This document shows positions 7,544 to 16,865 of a stretch of 64,000 bases of DNA, one piece after another (position 1 is the first letter of the stretch; every line of letters begins with the position of its first letter). The translations under genes and the position numbers were made by a program. The notes beneath the pieces are model-generated. The model saw only the letters and a program-made list of their open reading frames with translations. It searched no databases and had not been told where the DNA came from. This stretch comes from an uncultured Desulfatitalea sp. (lineage in GTDB: Bacteria; Desulfobacterota; Desulfobacteria; Desulfobacterales; Desulfosarcinaceae): positions 64,001-128,000 of the forward strand of contig CAXXMB010000002.1 in assembly GCA_963668675.2 (NCBI GenBank), in the 5' to 3' direction.

Positions 7544-10264
7544 ATGGAGCAACAGAGCACATTTAAAATCAAACTGGGCCACTTCGGGCGCGGCCTTGCG
7601 CTTTTATTGAACCGCACCCTCATGTACCAGTCCTCCCATCCGATGATCAAACAGTCGGTCGGCGATGTCCGAAAGATGGCCGAAGGCCTGCTCGATGAAA
7701 TTTCTCCTCTGGTCTTCATTCTCAACCGGGGGCAGTTCTATATCGATGAAGAGGCCCTGGATCCAAGAATCAACGTCAGCCGAATCGCGGCACTGTTCAA
7801 AAAAAGCGGTGTACAATCGGTATCTTTCGAAAAAGGTCTTACGGAGAGTGAAGTCTCCATTTTTGCACAGATCATATCAGAGCTGCCCCAGATATCCGAT
7901 GTGGAAGTCGTAAAAAATTCCCTGGTCAAAAAGGGCGTTTTCAACGTCAAGGTCAACCATGTGGTCTTCAAAAAGGTGACCGAGGATGACCAGGTGGTCT
8001 CCCGGGAAGCACTCAAGCAGGTGACCCCCATGCTCGACTCGGACGACGAGGAGACGCGCAAGCGTTTCCTGGACACCCTGCTGGAGAGCGTGCTTTCCGA
8101 AGAGTTTGCCCAAACCCTCAACATCACCAACCTGATGTCCAACCCCAAGGAGTTCACACAAAAGATGATCGAGGCCGATCTGGCCGCCTCCAATGAATTC
8201 CAGAATGGGATGGATAACGGCGCACCTGAGGGGGGCGGGGGAGGATCGTCAGCACCAGGCGTTGGGACCGGCGGCAGCGGAGGCAGCTATTACAACGAGG
8301 CCGACGAGACCCTTTCCGGCGAGGAGGCCGACACCTTGATCGAGGAGTCCCTGACAGGGGGTGGCGGATCGGGTCAAGGGGGAGCCGGCGGCGGAACAGG
8401 CGGCATGCCGGGCGGCGCTTTGGGTTACGCCGGCACTGGGGGTCGCGGCGGGGGCCCTGGTTCGGGCGCGGCCGGCTACGGCGGCACAGGTGGAACTGGT
8501 TCGGGCGGAGGCCTGGGGGCCACAGGTTATGCCGGTACGGGCGGTGGTGGCCAGGGATCCACAGGCCACGGCGGAACGGGCGGCAGCGGTCCGGGTAGCG
8601 GCCCGTTTGCAGGAGGCGGTGGCGGAAGTCAAGGTGGCGCAACAGCTACGGCGACCTCTTCGGGCGGCGGGGGAGCCGGCACGGGAGGAACCGGGGCAGC
8701 ACCATCCGGCAGCGCTGGTGCTGAAGGCGATGCGAATGGCAAACCGCACGGCCCCCTGCTGCTGCACCAGCTCGAACTCATGCACCAGGAGGTGGAGCGG
8801 CACCTGCACGGTGAAGGCGAAGTTGGGTTGTCCGACCTGTCCGAGGCCATTTTCGACATGAAAAAGCAGCTCTTTGAGGGCATTCAAGCTCAAAAAGCGC
8901 TGGGCACCGCCTATGCCAACGAAGCGGCCATTCTCAAAAAAGCCAATGAGTTGAGCGACCAGGTATTTATCGAACTGATCAAGGAGGAGTACAAGGCCGG
9001 CCAGATCAGCACTCAGAGATTCGCCCATATCATCCGCCGCATGATCCCTGAGGCCTCGGAATTGAAGCGACTGTTACCGCAGATCCGTAGAGCGCTGCTG
9101 GAAGCGGGCATGCCGATGGCCGACTACCTCAACTTGCTTCATGAGTTGCGCAATGAACTGCAGAGCGATGAGCTCTCGAGAATTCTGGAGGAGGGTTCCG
9201 AAACCATCGGGCTGGACGGAGACGGATTGATCGAGGAGATCAAACGCAATCCGACCCAGGCCGCCGAACTGATCTACCTGGCCTCTGAAATCCGCAAGGG
9301 TGGCGGCGACGAAGCGCTTCTCTCGGACATCATGGTGGAGTATGTCGAGCATATCGGCCAGAAGATGGCCAAGGATGCCTCCGAGTCGGGTGACGAGAAC
9401 GGCGATGCTGAAGTCAAGGAGTTGATGAACAATGTCGAGTCGTCCGTTCTTAAAAAACTCACCGAGATGAACGTCAATGCCGAAGTGATCTCCCGAATGG
9501 AAACACGCCTTAACGAAAAGATGGAATCGGTTCTGGACAGAATGAGAGTGGAGTGGCTGAAAAACCAATCTGCCCAGACCACCAAAGAGGCGCCCAAGAT
9601 GCTTAGCGTGCTGCAGACGCTGGAGCATAACGTCGGTGACGACGACGAGATGTCGGAAGTACTGCAGGAGATCCGCGCCGAGGTCGAATCCGGCAAGATC
9701 GAGGAGAACAACTTCAGCCAAATTCACAAAGAGATCAATCAAATCAAAAAACGCCGAAGGGAGGCCTTGGAAGGCAGAGGCATGCCGGAGGGCGTTCTCA
9801 CCTCCGAAGAGGTGATGTTCGTGCTGGAGAAGGAGATCGCCAGGGCCGACCGCTACGCCTCCCCTCTCTCTGCGCTCGCCTTCGCCTTTGTCTCGGCCAA
9901 ACCGCAAGACAAAGGCACAAATCGCGTAATCACCAACAAGGCCGTCCTGGAAACCGCCTTGGACACGCTCTCCACCACCTTCCGCTCCATGGACTACATT
10001 GCGCAGATCGGAAAGAACAAAATGCTCGTGCTGCTTCCCATGGCCCCATACGGAGAGGCCAAGAAAGCGCTATCACGCGTCCTCCATGTGCTCCATTCAA
10101 AACCGCTGGATGTAAAGGGCGTACCGGTGCAACTGCGCGTGGCCGGCGTCGCCGGCAGCTTCGATCCCAACCAGACACAGACGGCCCAAATCTTTGCCAA
10201 ACATCTGGCGCAGAAACTCTCGGACATGGTCTCGCGCGTCAAAAGCATTCAGGTTCTTTTCTAG
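7544..10264 (+). CDS. Large protein with Gly-rich insert and degenerate C-terminal GGDEF-like domain
   Basis: 906 aa; GGAGGAG RBS; C-terminus EKEIARADRYASPLS...FRSMDYIAQIGKNKMLVLLP follows the GGDEF pattern without the GG[DE]EF motif. Confidence 0.8.
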   Translation: MEQQSTFKIKLGHFGRGLALLLNRTLMYQSSHPMIKQSVGDVRKMAEGLLDEISPLVFILNRGQFYIDEEALDPRINVSRIAALFKKSGVQSVSFEKGLTESEVSIFAQIISELPQISDVEVVKNSLVKKGVFNVKVNHVVFKKVTEDDQVVSREALKQVTPMLDSDDEETRKRFLDTLLESVLSEEFAQTLNITNLMSNPKEFTQKMIEADLAASNEFQNGMDNGAPEGGGGGSSAPGVGTGGSGGSYYNEADETLSGEEADTLIEESLTGGGGSGQGGAGGGTGGMPGGALGYAGTGGRGGGPGSGAAGYGGTGGTGSGGGLGATGYAGTGGGGQGSTGHGGTGGSGPGSGPFAGGGGGSQGGATATATSSGGGGAGTGGTGAAPSGSAGAEGDANGKPHGPLLLHQLELMHQEVERHLHGEGEVGLSDLSEAIFDMKKQLFEGIQAQKALGTAYANEAAILKKANELSDQVFIELIKEEYKAGQISTQRFAHIIRRMIPEASELKRLLPQIRRALLEAGMPMADYLNLLHELRNELQSDELSRILEEGSETIGLDGDGLIEEIKRNPTQAAELIYLASEIRKGGGDEALLSDIMVEYVEHIGQKMAKDASESGDENGDAEVKELMNNVESSVLKKLTEMNVNAEVISRMETRLNEKMESVLDRMRVEWLKNQSAQTTKEAPKMLSVLQTLEHNVGDDDEMSEVLQEIRAEVESGKIEENNFSQIHKEINQIKKRRREALEGRGMPEGVLTSEEVMFVLEKEIARADRYASPLSALAFAFVSAKPQDKGTNRVITNKAVLETALDTLSTTFRSMDYIAQIGKNKMLVLLPMAPYGEAKKALSRVLHVLHSKPLDVKGVPVQLRVAGVAGSFDPNQTQTAQIFAKHLAQKLSDMVSRVKSIQVLF
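8218..8740 (+). repeat. In-frame Gly/Ser/Thr-rich low-complexity segment with G[YH][AG]GTGG units
   Basis: Units start at 8423, 8474, 8525 (51-nt period) and 8564. Confidence 0.85.
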
Positions 10265-10268
10265 CGCA

Positions 10269-11624
10269 TCACGCCTGGATCAACTGCTTGAGCCTGGACA
10301 GGGTCTGCCAGGAGAATTCCTCCCCCTGACAGGGAAAGATGGCGTTGTTGCAGTAAATCGGGTCGGCAGCCAAATCGTACCGCGAGTGTTCGACCGCCTG
10401 CTCCCACAAACGGGTATGGGGGATCGGCGTATAGTGTGCCAGCACCGGCGTGATGCCGGCCGACTTGACCACATGGATCGATTGCTCCACCGCAGTGACC
10501 GATTGACCTGGGAGTCCGACCAGAAGGTAGGCGCCGATCTGTCCGGCATTGAAACCGGCACGCTTCAAGTGATTCACCGCACGATGGAACTCCGACGCCG
10601 TCACCTTGTGATCCAGGTCGCCGCGTGCGTCAAAGGCCGTGGTCTCCAGGCCGAGACGCAAGGTATGAAAACCGGCCCGAAACATCAGATGCGACGTCTC
10701 TGCGTCGATCTCCCTGATGTGCACTGCGTTAGGGGTGTGGAAGCAAAGCGATCTTCCGCTGCGCACCACGCTCTCCAGAATAATCTTTGCATGGTGTCCG
10801 GTGTCCACCAGTAGTGCGTCGTCATAGAAAACAAAATCAGCAACCCCATAGCGGTCCTGCCAATAGCCGATCTCTTCGACGACACCCTCCGGTGAGCGCC
10901 GATGCATCTCCGGTGTCAGGAAACGGGAAGCGCAATAGGCACAATCGAACGGGCAGCCGTGGAGGGTCAGCAGGGGCACGTACCCGATCCGATGCTGCAG
11001 ATCAAAGGCCGGATAGGGCAGTACATCCAAGTGCCCCATATCCAATTGACGGTCGATGTTGAATCCGGTATGGCGAAAAATCACATCGAAAATCGATCGG
11101 CCGTCATCAGCGACCACCTCGTCAGCGCCCGAACAGGCCCTGGCATGCGACGTACATAAGCGGGCGTAAATACCGCCCAATACCAAGGGCACATTGGGAA
11201 AACGCGCTTTCAGCAGTTCAATGGTCTCCGCCACACCGGGATACCAATAGGTCATCACGGAGGTGACCAGAATCAAGTCGGGAGGTGAAGGTAGCGCGTC
11301 AAGGTCGGCGCCCAACCACTCGGGCAGGATGCCGTAACGGCTGTAAGTTCGGTGAATAGACGCCAGCCCGCCAGGCGCTTCGATAGCGTGTTTCAAATAG
11401 GGCCCACGGCCATGCCGGGCGGAAGGGTCGGATTTCGGCATTCGCGGATGAAAACGGTCCAGGCAGTCCATATAGGAGACGTTGACGTCCTGCTCTCGCA
11501 GAATCGCCGCAAGGCTCAGCAAACCGTATGGCTTCGCCCAGAAATCGTAGGCGGCAAAATCGTGGATCCAGGGATTGACGAGAAGAACATGGGGGGCATG
11601 ATTTGACACCGTCTCTTTGCCCAT
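10269..11624 (-). CDS. B12-binding-domain radical SAM protein
   Basis: CPFDCAYC motif; N-terminal LLVNP...PYGLLSLAA, LGGIYA and FYDD typical of the class. Confidence 0.85.
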   Translation of the reverse strand: MGKETVSNHAPHVLLVNPWIHDFAAYDFWAKPYGLLSLAAILREQDVNVSYMDCLDRFHPRMPKSDPSARHGRGPYLKHAIEAPGGLASIHRTYSRYGILPEWLGADLDALPSPPDLILVTSVMTYWYPGVAETIELLKARFPNVPLVLGGIYARLCTSHARACSGADEVVADDGRSIFDVIFRHTGFNIDRQLDMGHLDVLPYPAFDLQHRIGYVPLLTLHGCPFDCAYCASRFLTPEMHRRSPEGVVEEIGYWQDRYGVADFVFYDDALLVDTGHHAKIILESVVRSGRSLCFHTPNAVHIREIDAETSHLMFRAGFHTLRLGLETTAFDARGDLDHKVTASEFHRAVNHLKRAGFNAGQIGAYLLVGLPGQSVTAVEQSIHVVKSAGITPVLAHYTPIPHTRLWEQAVEHSRYDLAADPIYCNNAIFPCQGEEFSWQTLSRLKQLIQA

Positions 11625-11630
11625 TCGATA

Positions 11631-12125
11631 CTACTCTTCGGCAGCAGGTTGGACGAAATACTGCATCGATGTCTTTTTCAGCTCTCTGCGACTGAAAAGC
11701 ATTTCGTAAGCCCGGACACCCGATGCGGCCGACATCTCCTGCGCGCTTTTGCGGCAGTCGGCCTCGTCCTTGCCATGGACCATCGTATAGAGATTGTAAG
11801 GCCAGCTGTCGGTGGGGTCACGGCGGTAGCAGTGCGATACCGCTTTAAATCCGGCCATGGTCCGTCCCACCTCTTCAATGCGCTCCTCTTCGACTTTCCA
11901 GGCCACCATGACGTTGGCCTGGAAACCCGACTTCTGGTGGCGCAGGGTCGCCCCGAATCGACGAATGATGCCCCGATCCACCAGGCTCCGAAGTATTTCA
12001 AGCATCCGATCTTCCGTAATTCCCAGCGAATCGGCAATCTGCTCGTACGGTCGCTCCGTAATGGGCATATCACCCTGGATCGAAGCAATCACCCGCTTCT
12101 CCAACTCAGTCAACTCAACCGGCAT
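11631..12125 (-). CDS. ahbB: Siroheme decarboxylase subunit (AhbB/NirH-like, Lrp/AsnC fold)
   Basis: IRRFGATLRHQKSG, VSHCYRR and WPYNLYTMVHG motifs. Confidence 0.8.
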   Translation of the reverse strand: MPVELTELEKRVIASIQGDMPITERPYEQIADSLGITEDRMLEILRSLVDRGIIRRFGATLRHQKSGFQANVMVAWKVEEERIEEVGRTMAGFKAVSHCYRRDPTDSWPYNLYTMVHGKDEADCRKSAQEMSAASGVRAYEMLFSRRELKKTSMQYFVQPAAEE

Positions 12126-12165
12126 ATCTCTTATCCCCGTCCGGCTTAACCGGAAGCAAAATAGG

Positions 12166-13260
12166 TTACGACCTCTTTTCCGGAAACAACCCTAAAACCG
12201 CCGTTTCATTCGCTTCGCAAACGCCCCGTTCGGTGATAAACCCGGTAACCAGACGGGCCGGGGTCACATCGAAGGCCGGATTGGCCGCCGGACTCGTTTC
12301 GGGCGGCACCAATACACGCTCCAAGCTGTTTTTGGTCAACCCCTGGATGTAGCGCACCTCATCGGAGTCCCGATCCTCGATGGGAATCTCTTTGATGCCA
12401 TCGCGCAACTGCCAATCAAAAGTGGAGGAGGGCAAAGCCACGTAAAACGGGACCCCATTGTCCTTGGCGGCCAGCGCCTTGAGGTAGGTTCCGATCTTGT
12501 TGGCCACATCCCCGGTGTAAGTGGAGCGGTCCGTGCCGACGATCACCATATCCACCATACCGTGCTGCATAAGGTGTCCGCCGGCATTATCGGTGATCAC
12601 CGTATGCCGGATCCCGGCCTTGCCCAGCTCCCATGCGGTCAGGCGGGCCCCCTGGTTCAACGGCCGGGTCTCATCCACCCAGACATGCAGGTCGATCCCC
12701 CTCTCCCGGGCCACATAGATCGGCGCCGTCGCCGTCCCCCACTCGACACAAGCCAACCATCCGGCATTGCAATGAGTGAGGATGTTGACCGCCTGCCCTC
12801 CTTTTCTACGGCTGATCTCCGCAACCAGCTCGGCACCATGCTCACCAATACGACGGCAGCGGTCGGCCTCCTCCTCTGCAATGGCGGCCGCCTCGCTTTG
12901 TGCAAGCGCCATTCTCTGAGACTTCTCACTCGCCTTCAAAACCGCGCCCAGCATGCGTTCCACCGCCCAGGCCAGGTTGACCGCAGTAGGACGTGCATCC
13001 TTCACAAGATCACACAGCTCCAGAAAATGCTTCTCATCCGCTGATGTCTCAAGCGCCACAAGCACACCATACGCTCCGGTGGCACCGATGAGCGGCGCCC
13101 CCCGCACCACCATCGTCTGGATGGCATGCACCACCCGCTCCACCGTAGTAAGGGAAAGAATCTCCAGGCGATGGGGCAGCTGTCGCTGATCGATCACCTT
13201 GACCACATTATCTTTCGCGTCCATCCATATGGGACGCATCTGTTTTCCATCTACGATCAT
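12166..13260 (-). CDS. mtnA: S-methyl-5-thioribose-1-phosphate isomerase
   Basis: VRGAPLIG, RPTAVNL, LTHCNAG, ETRP and DVANKIGTY motifs. Confidence 0.93.
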   Translation of the reverse strand: MIVDGKQMRPIWMDAKDNVVKVIDQRQLPHRLEILSLTTVERVVHAIQTMVVRGAPLIGATGAYGVLVALETSADEKHFLELCDLVKDARPTAVNLAWAVERMLGAVLKASEKSQRMALAQSEAAAIAEEEADRCRRIGEHGAELVAEISRRKGGQAVNILTHCNAGWLACVEWGTATAPIYVARERGIDLHVWVDETRPLNQGARLTAWELGKAGIRHTVITDNAGGHLMQHGMVDMVIVGTDRSTYTGDVANKIGTYLKALAAKDNGVPFYVALPSSTFDWQLRDGIKEIPIEDRDSDEVRYIQGLTKNSLERVLVPPETSPAANPAFDVTPARLVTGFITERGVCEANETAVLGLFPEKRS

Positions 13261-13310
13261 TTAATAAGCCTCTCTGATAATCAGTAGTTATGACAAACTG
13301 GTAAATACCT

Positions 13311-13370
13311 TTGCCATCAACTTAATACAAGTTTACTACCGACCCTGGCGGGCGTAAAGCCCGCCCCTAC
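13311..13370 (-). repeat. GTAG-type REP-like palindrome with conserved flank
   Basis: GTAGGGGCGGGCTTTACGCCCGCC on minus strand (13347-13370); similarity of about 55 bp to 63215-63269. Confidence 0.8.
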
Positions 13371-13469
13371 TTTCCTATAACATCTGGATGCCGGATCAAG
13401 ATCACCATGGTGTCTGATTAATTATATCAGTTCACCAATGCACCTGACTTCTGGTTTCCACATACGGAT

Positions 13470-13664
13470 GCGAAGCCAGAGGGTGGATGGCCTGCACCTC
13501 TTCAGCATCGCATGTTAGTGCCGTTTAGGTGCAACGGAGGATCAGCGGCCCGGACTGTCTGACCCCGCCGCAGGCGGGGGAGTTTCCGGGACGCCCGGAG
13601 TTGCGCCTTAACGGCACTTGCATGCGTTTGCGTGCGGTGCAGGCCATCCACCCTCTGGCTTCGC
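13470..13664. repeat. 195-bp nested inverted repeat (large hairpin; MITE-like or structured RNA)
   Basis: Perfect 29-bp terminal arms, a second imperfect 27-bp stem and apical CCCCGCC-GCA-GGCGGGG. Confidence 0.85.
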
Positions 13665-13717
13665 CGGATCATTTAATCCAAACTCCGACTTTGAAAAACT
13701 TTACTTCATCCTACCTG

Positions 13718-15442
13718 TCAGTCGTTCACAAACAGAGGCACCAATTCAAACTTCTCCACATCCACCAACCCCTTGTCGGTAATCTTGAGTGCCGGTATCA
13801 CCGGCAGGGCCATGAAGCTAAGGGTCATAAACGGATCGGTCAACCCCGTCCCCAGCCCCCTGGCCGCGGCGAAAAGGCCGTCCAACCCATTGCACACCTC
13901 CCCCATCGGCCGGTCGGACATCAAACCGGCAATCGGCAGCGGCAGCGAAGCAATCACCTGCCCCTCATCCACAGCCACCAAACCGCCCCCCATATCGACC
14001 AGCGCCCTGACAGCCAGCTCAAGGTCACTATCTTGAACACCCACCGCCACGATATTGTGGGAGTCGTGGGCAACAGTGGAGGCCAAAGCCCCCCGCTTCA
14101 GCCCAAACCCCCGGATGAAGCCAACGCCCCTCTGGCCTGTCCCGTGATGCCGCTCCACCACAGCGATCTTAATCAGATCACGGCCTGGATCGGACACGGC
14201 CTGCCCGTCGACGACGCACGCATCGTCAATGGCGCCACGCGTCACAATCTGATCGGGAACGGTTTCAATGACCCTCATGCGACGGCCTCGGGCAGGCACG
14301 CTGAAATCCAATCGGTCTGCGGACACATGCATGGAAGCAGGAAGCGCTGCAACCGTCTCCTTTGGGGCGGCAATGGCCATCTTTCCCCACTCGGCAGCCA
14401 GCATCCCGCCGTAGTAAACCTGCTGCACCACCGGGTCGGCAAGATCCTCGATCACCACCATATCGGCCCGACGCCCGGGGGCGACGCCCCCCACCTCATG
14501 CAACCGGAAATAGTCTGCCGGGTTCAGGGTGGCCATCTGAATGGCGACGATGGGATCGACACCGGCCCGGACAGCGCGGCGGACCATACTGCCGACGGAA
14601 CCCTCGGTGATCAGATCGTGGGGATGCCGGTCGTCAGTGCACCACATCAACCGCCGGGCGTTTCGGGAATGGATAAGGGGCAACAGTTCATCGAGGTTGC
14701 GCGCCCCGGTCCCCTCGCGGATCATGATGTGCATACCGGAAGCCATCTTTTCACGGGCCTCCGCAAGGGTGGTGCACTCGTGATCGCTGGAGATGCCTGG
14801 AAGCAGATAGGCGTTCAGTTGAGTACCGCCCAGCCCCGGACTGTGGCCGTCCACCGGCTTTCCTGCCTTCCGAATGGCCTCGATTTTATCCAACACACCG
14901 GAATCTCCATAGATCACGCCTGGAAAATTCATCATCTCGGCCAGGGCCACGATGCGTTCATGTGACATGAAAGGCTCGAGCGCCGATGCATCCAGTGACG
15001 CACCTGAGGTCTCCATGTCAGTGGCGGGCACACACGACGGCAGCGTGAAAAAAAAGTTGAGCAGCGCATCCCGGCTGGCAGCCAGCATAAACTCGATCCC
15101 AGCTGTGCCCAGCACATTGGCGATCTCATGGGGGTCGGCCACAACACTCGTTGTGCCGTGAGGCAAGACGGCTTGGGCAAACGCGGCCGGCCCCACCATG
15201 GCGCTTTCGATGTGGACGTGGGCATCGATAAATCCCGGCGCCACGTAGCGGCCGTCCAGATCGACCGTCTCGGCAGCATCGTACGCCCCGAACCCGACGA
15301 TATATTCCTCGGCAATGGCAATGTTGGCGTCCACAACCTCACCGGCAAAAACGTTGATCAGTTTCGCGTTGCGGATCAGCAGGTCCGCCGGTCGATCACC
15401 GCGGGCGGCCTGGAGCAGCCTCTCGATGTTTTTTCGATTCAT
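13718..15442 (-). CDS. ade: Adenine deaminase
   Basis: 574 aa; DAHVHIES, DPHEIANV, DGHSPG, DHEC, CTDDRH and AHDSHN motifs. Confidence 0.95.
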   Translation of the reverse strand: MNRKNIERLLQAARGDRPADLLIRNAKLINVFAGEVVDANIAIAEEYIVGFGAYDAAETVDLDGRYVAPGFIDAHVHIESAMVGPAAFAQAVLPHGTTSVVADPHEIANVLGTAGIEFMLAASRDALLNFFFTLPSCVPATDMETSGASLDASALEPFMSHERIVALAEMMNFPGVIYGDSGVLDKIEAIRKAGKPVDGHSPGLGGTQLNAYLLPGISSDHECTTLAEAREKMASGMHIMIREGTGARNLDELLPLIHSRNARRLMWCTDDRHPHDLITEGSVGSMVRRAVRAGVDPIVAIQMATLNPADYFRLHEVGGVAPGRRADMVVIEDLADPVVQQVYYGGMLAAEWGKMAIAAPKETVAALPASMHVSADRLDFSVPARGRRMRVIETVPDQIVTRGAIDDACVVDGQAVSDPGRDLIKIAVVERHHGTGQRGVGFIRGFGLKRGALASTVAHDSHNIVAVGVQDSDLELAVRALVDMGGGLVAVDEGQVIASLPLPIAGLMSDRPMGEVCNGLDGLFAAARGLGTGLTDPFMTLSFMALPVIPALKITDKGLVDVEKFELVPLFVND

Positions 15443-15482
15443 CGCTTCATCTTAATGGGTTGGATGTTATATGCCGCGACTG

Positions 15483-16799
15483 TCATCGACGCCGAATGAC
15501 CTCTCGTGCGAAAACGCGCACCCGGTGCAACAGGTCGTCCAAATCGATGTTTAACAGCCGGCGATCCCGCACCACCCAGGCGCCGTCCACCATGACATGA
15601 CGCACATCGCCGGCGCGCACCGCATAGACCAGGTGCGATGCCGGATGGTACATGGGGGTCAGTTGGGGCTGATCGACATCGACAATGATCACATCGGCCC
15701 GCTTGCCGACCTCGAGTGATCCGATGAGCCCGTCCATCCCCAATGCCTTCGCCCCCCCCATCGTGGCCATGCGCACCACGCTGGTCGCATCCATGATCGT
15801 CGGATCGAGACGCTGGACCTTGTGCAGCTTGGCCAGTGTGTCCATCTCGCCCCACAGATCGAGGTCGTTGTTGCTGGCACTCCCGTCGGTGCCGATGCCT
15901 ACTGCAATTCCGGCCGAAAGAAAATCGGGGAGCGGTGCCACCCCCGACCCAAGCTTCATATTGCTCTCCGGACAATGGGCAATGCAGGCCCCGCTCCCGG
16001 CGATCTGTTCGATATCCGACACATCCACCCACACGGCGTGTACCAACAGGGTGTTTGCATCCAGGATGCCCAGGCGATGAAGATAGGCTGCAGGGCTGCA
16101 GCCTTGGGCGCTGGACATCTGTTCCAGCTCGTTCCGGGTTTCGGCCAAATGGATCTGAAACAGCACATCCAGCTCATCCGCCGCCCGTTTGGCATGCGTG
16201 AGCGTGGTCTCAGAACAGGTATAGGGGGAGTGGCAAAAGATGGAGGGGCGAATCAGGTCGGATCTCCCCTGCCACTGCCGGGCAAAATCGCGGGCTACGG
16301 CGACACCCTTGGACGGATCGGGAACCCCCGGTGCCGGATAGTCGATCACGCCCTGCCCCAGAACAGCCCGCATGCCCATCTGCGCGACCGCTTCGGCAAT
16401 GGCGGTGGCATGGAAGTAGCCATCACAACAGGTCGTGATGCCGCCGAGAAGCATCTCCGCACACGAGAGCCGGGCACCCAAACGAACCGTCTCCTCATCG
16501 ATATGGGTCGCCTCAGCCGGAAAAATGTGCTCGTTGAGCCACTGCTCCAGGGGCAGGTCATCGGCCAGGCCACGAAACAGCGACATGGGCAGATGGGTGT
16601 GAAGATTGGTCAGCCCGGGCATCACGATACCGCCCCGGGCGTCGACGATCTCCCTGGCCTCTGGCAAGGGTTCGCCTTCCCGGGGTTGCCATATCCGTTG
16701 GATCCGGCCCCGATCAATGGCCACCGCTCCGCCGCGGAGCACCTGAAACGCCGGGTCCACCGTGACGATGGTACCATTATATATAATCGTGTCCGTCAT
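15483..16799 (-). CDS. Amidohydrolase, MTA/SAH or 5'-deoxyadenosine deaminase-like (paralogue 2)
   Basis: NLHTH, HSPYTC, HLAET, HCPESNMKL and GTDGSASNN motifs; start adjusted to ATG 16799. Confidence 0.85.
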   Translation of the reverse strand: MTDTIIYNGTIVTVDPAFQVLRGGAVAIDRGRIQRIWQPREGEPLPEAREIVDARGGIVMPGLTNLHTHLPMSLFRGLADDLPLEQWLNEHIFPAEATHIDEETVRLGARLSCAEMLLGGITTCCDGYFHATAIAEAVAQMGMRAVLGQGVIDYPAPGVPDPSKGVAVARDFARQWQGRSDLIRPSIFCHSPYTCSETTLTHAKRAADELDVLFQIHLAETRNELEQMSSAQGCSPAAYLHRLGILDANTLLVHAVWVDVSDIEQIAGSGACIAHCPESNMKLGSGVAPLPDFLSAGIAVGIGTDGSASNNDLDLWGEMDTLAKLHKVQRLDPTIMDATSVVRMATMGGAKALGMDGLIGSLEVGKRADVIIVDVDQPQLTPMYHPASHLVYAVRAGDVRHVMVDGAWVVRDRRLLNIDLDDLLHRVRVFAREVIRRR

Positions 16800-16865
16800 G
16801 GTCTGGTTGACTCGCAAAGTTAAGGTAGAGTGATCGGAAGGTCGCCTCCCGGAGCCCCCGGGGGT

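Noticed and set aside
8218..8740. Collagen-like or PE-PGRS surface protein
   Set aside because: No sustained Gly-X-Y register, signal peptide or anchor; the flanking domains look cytoplasmic.
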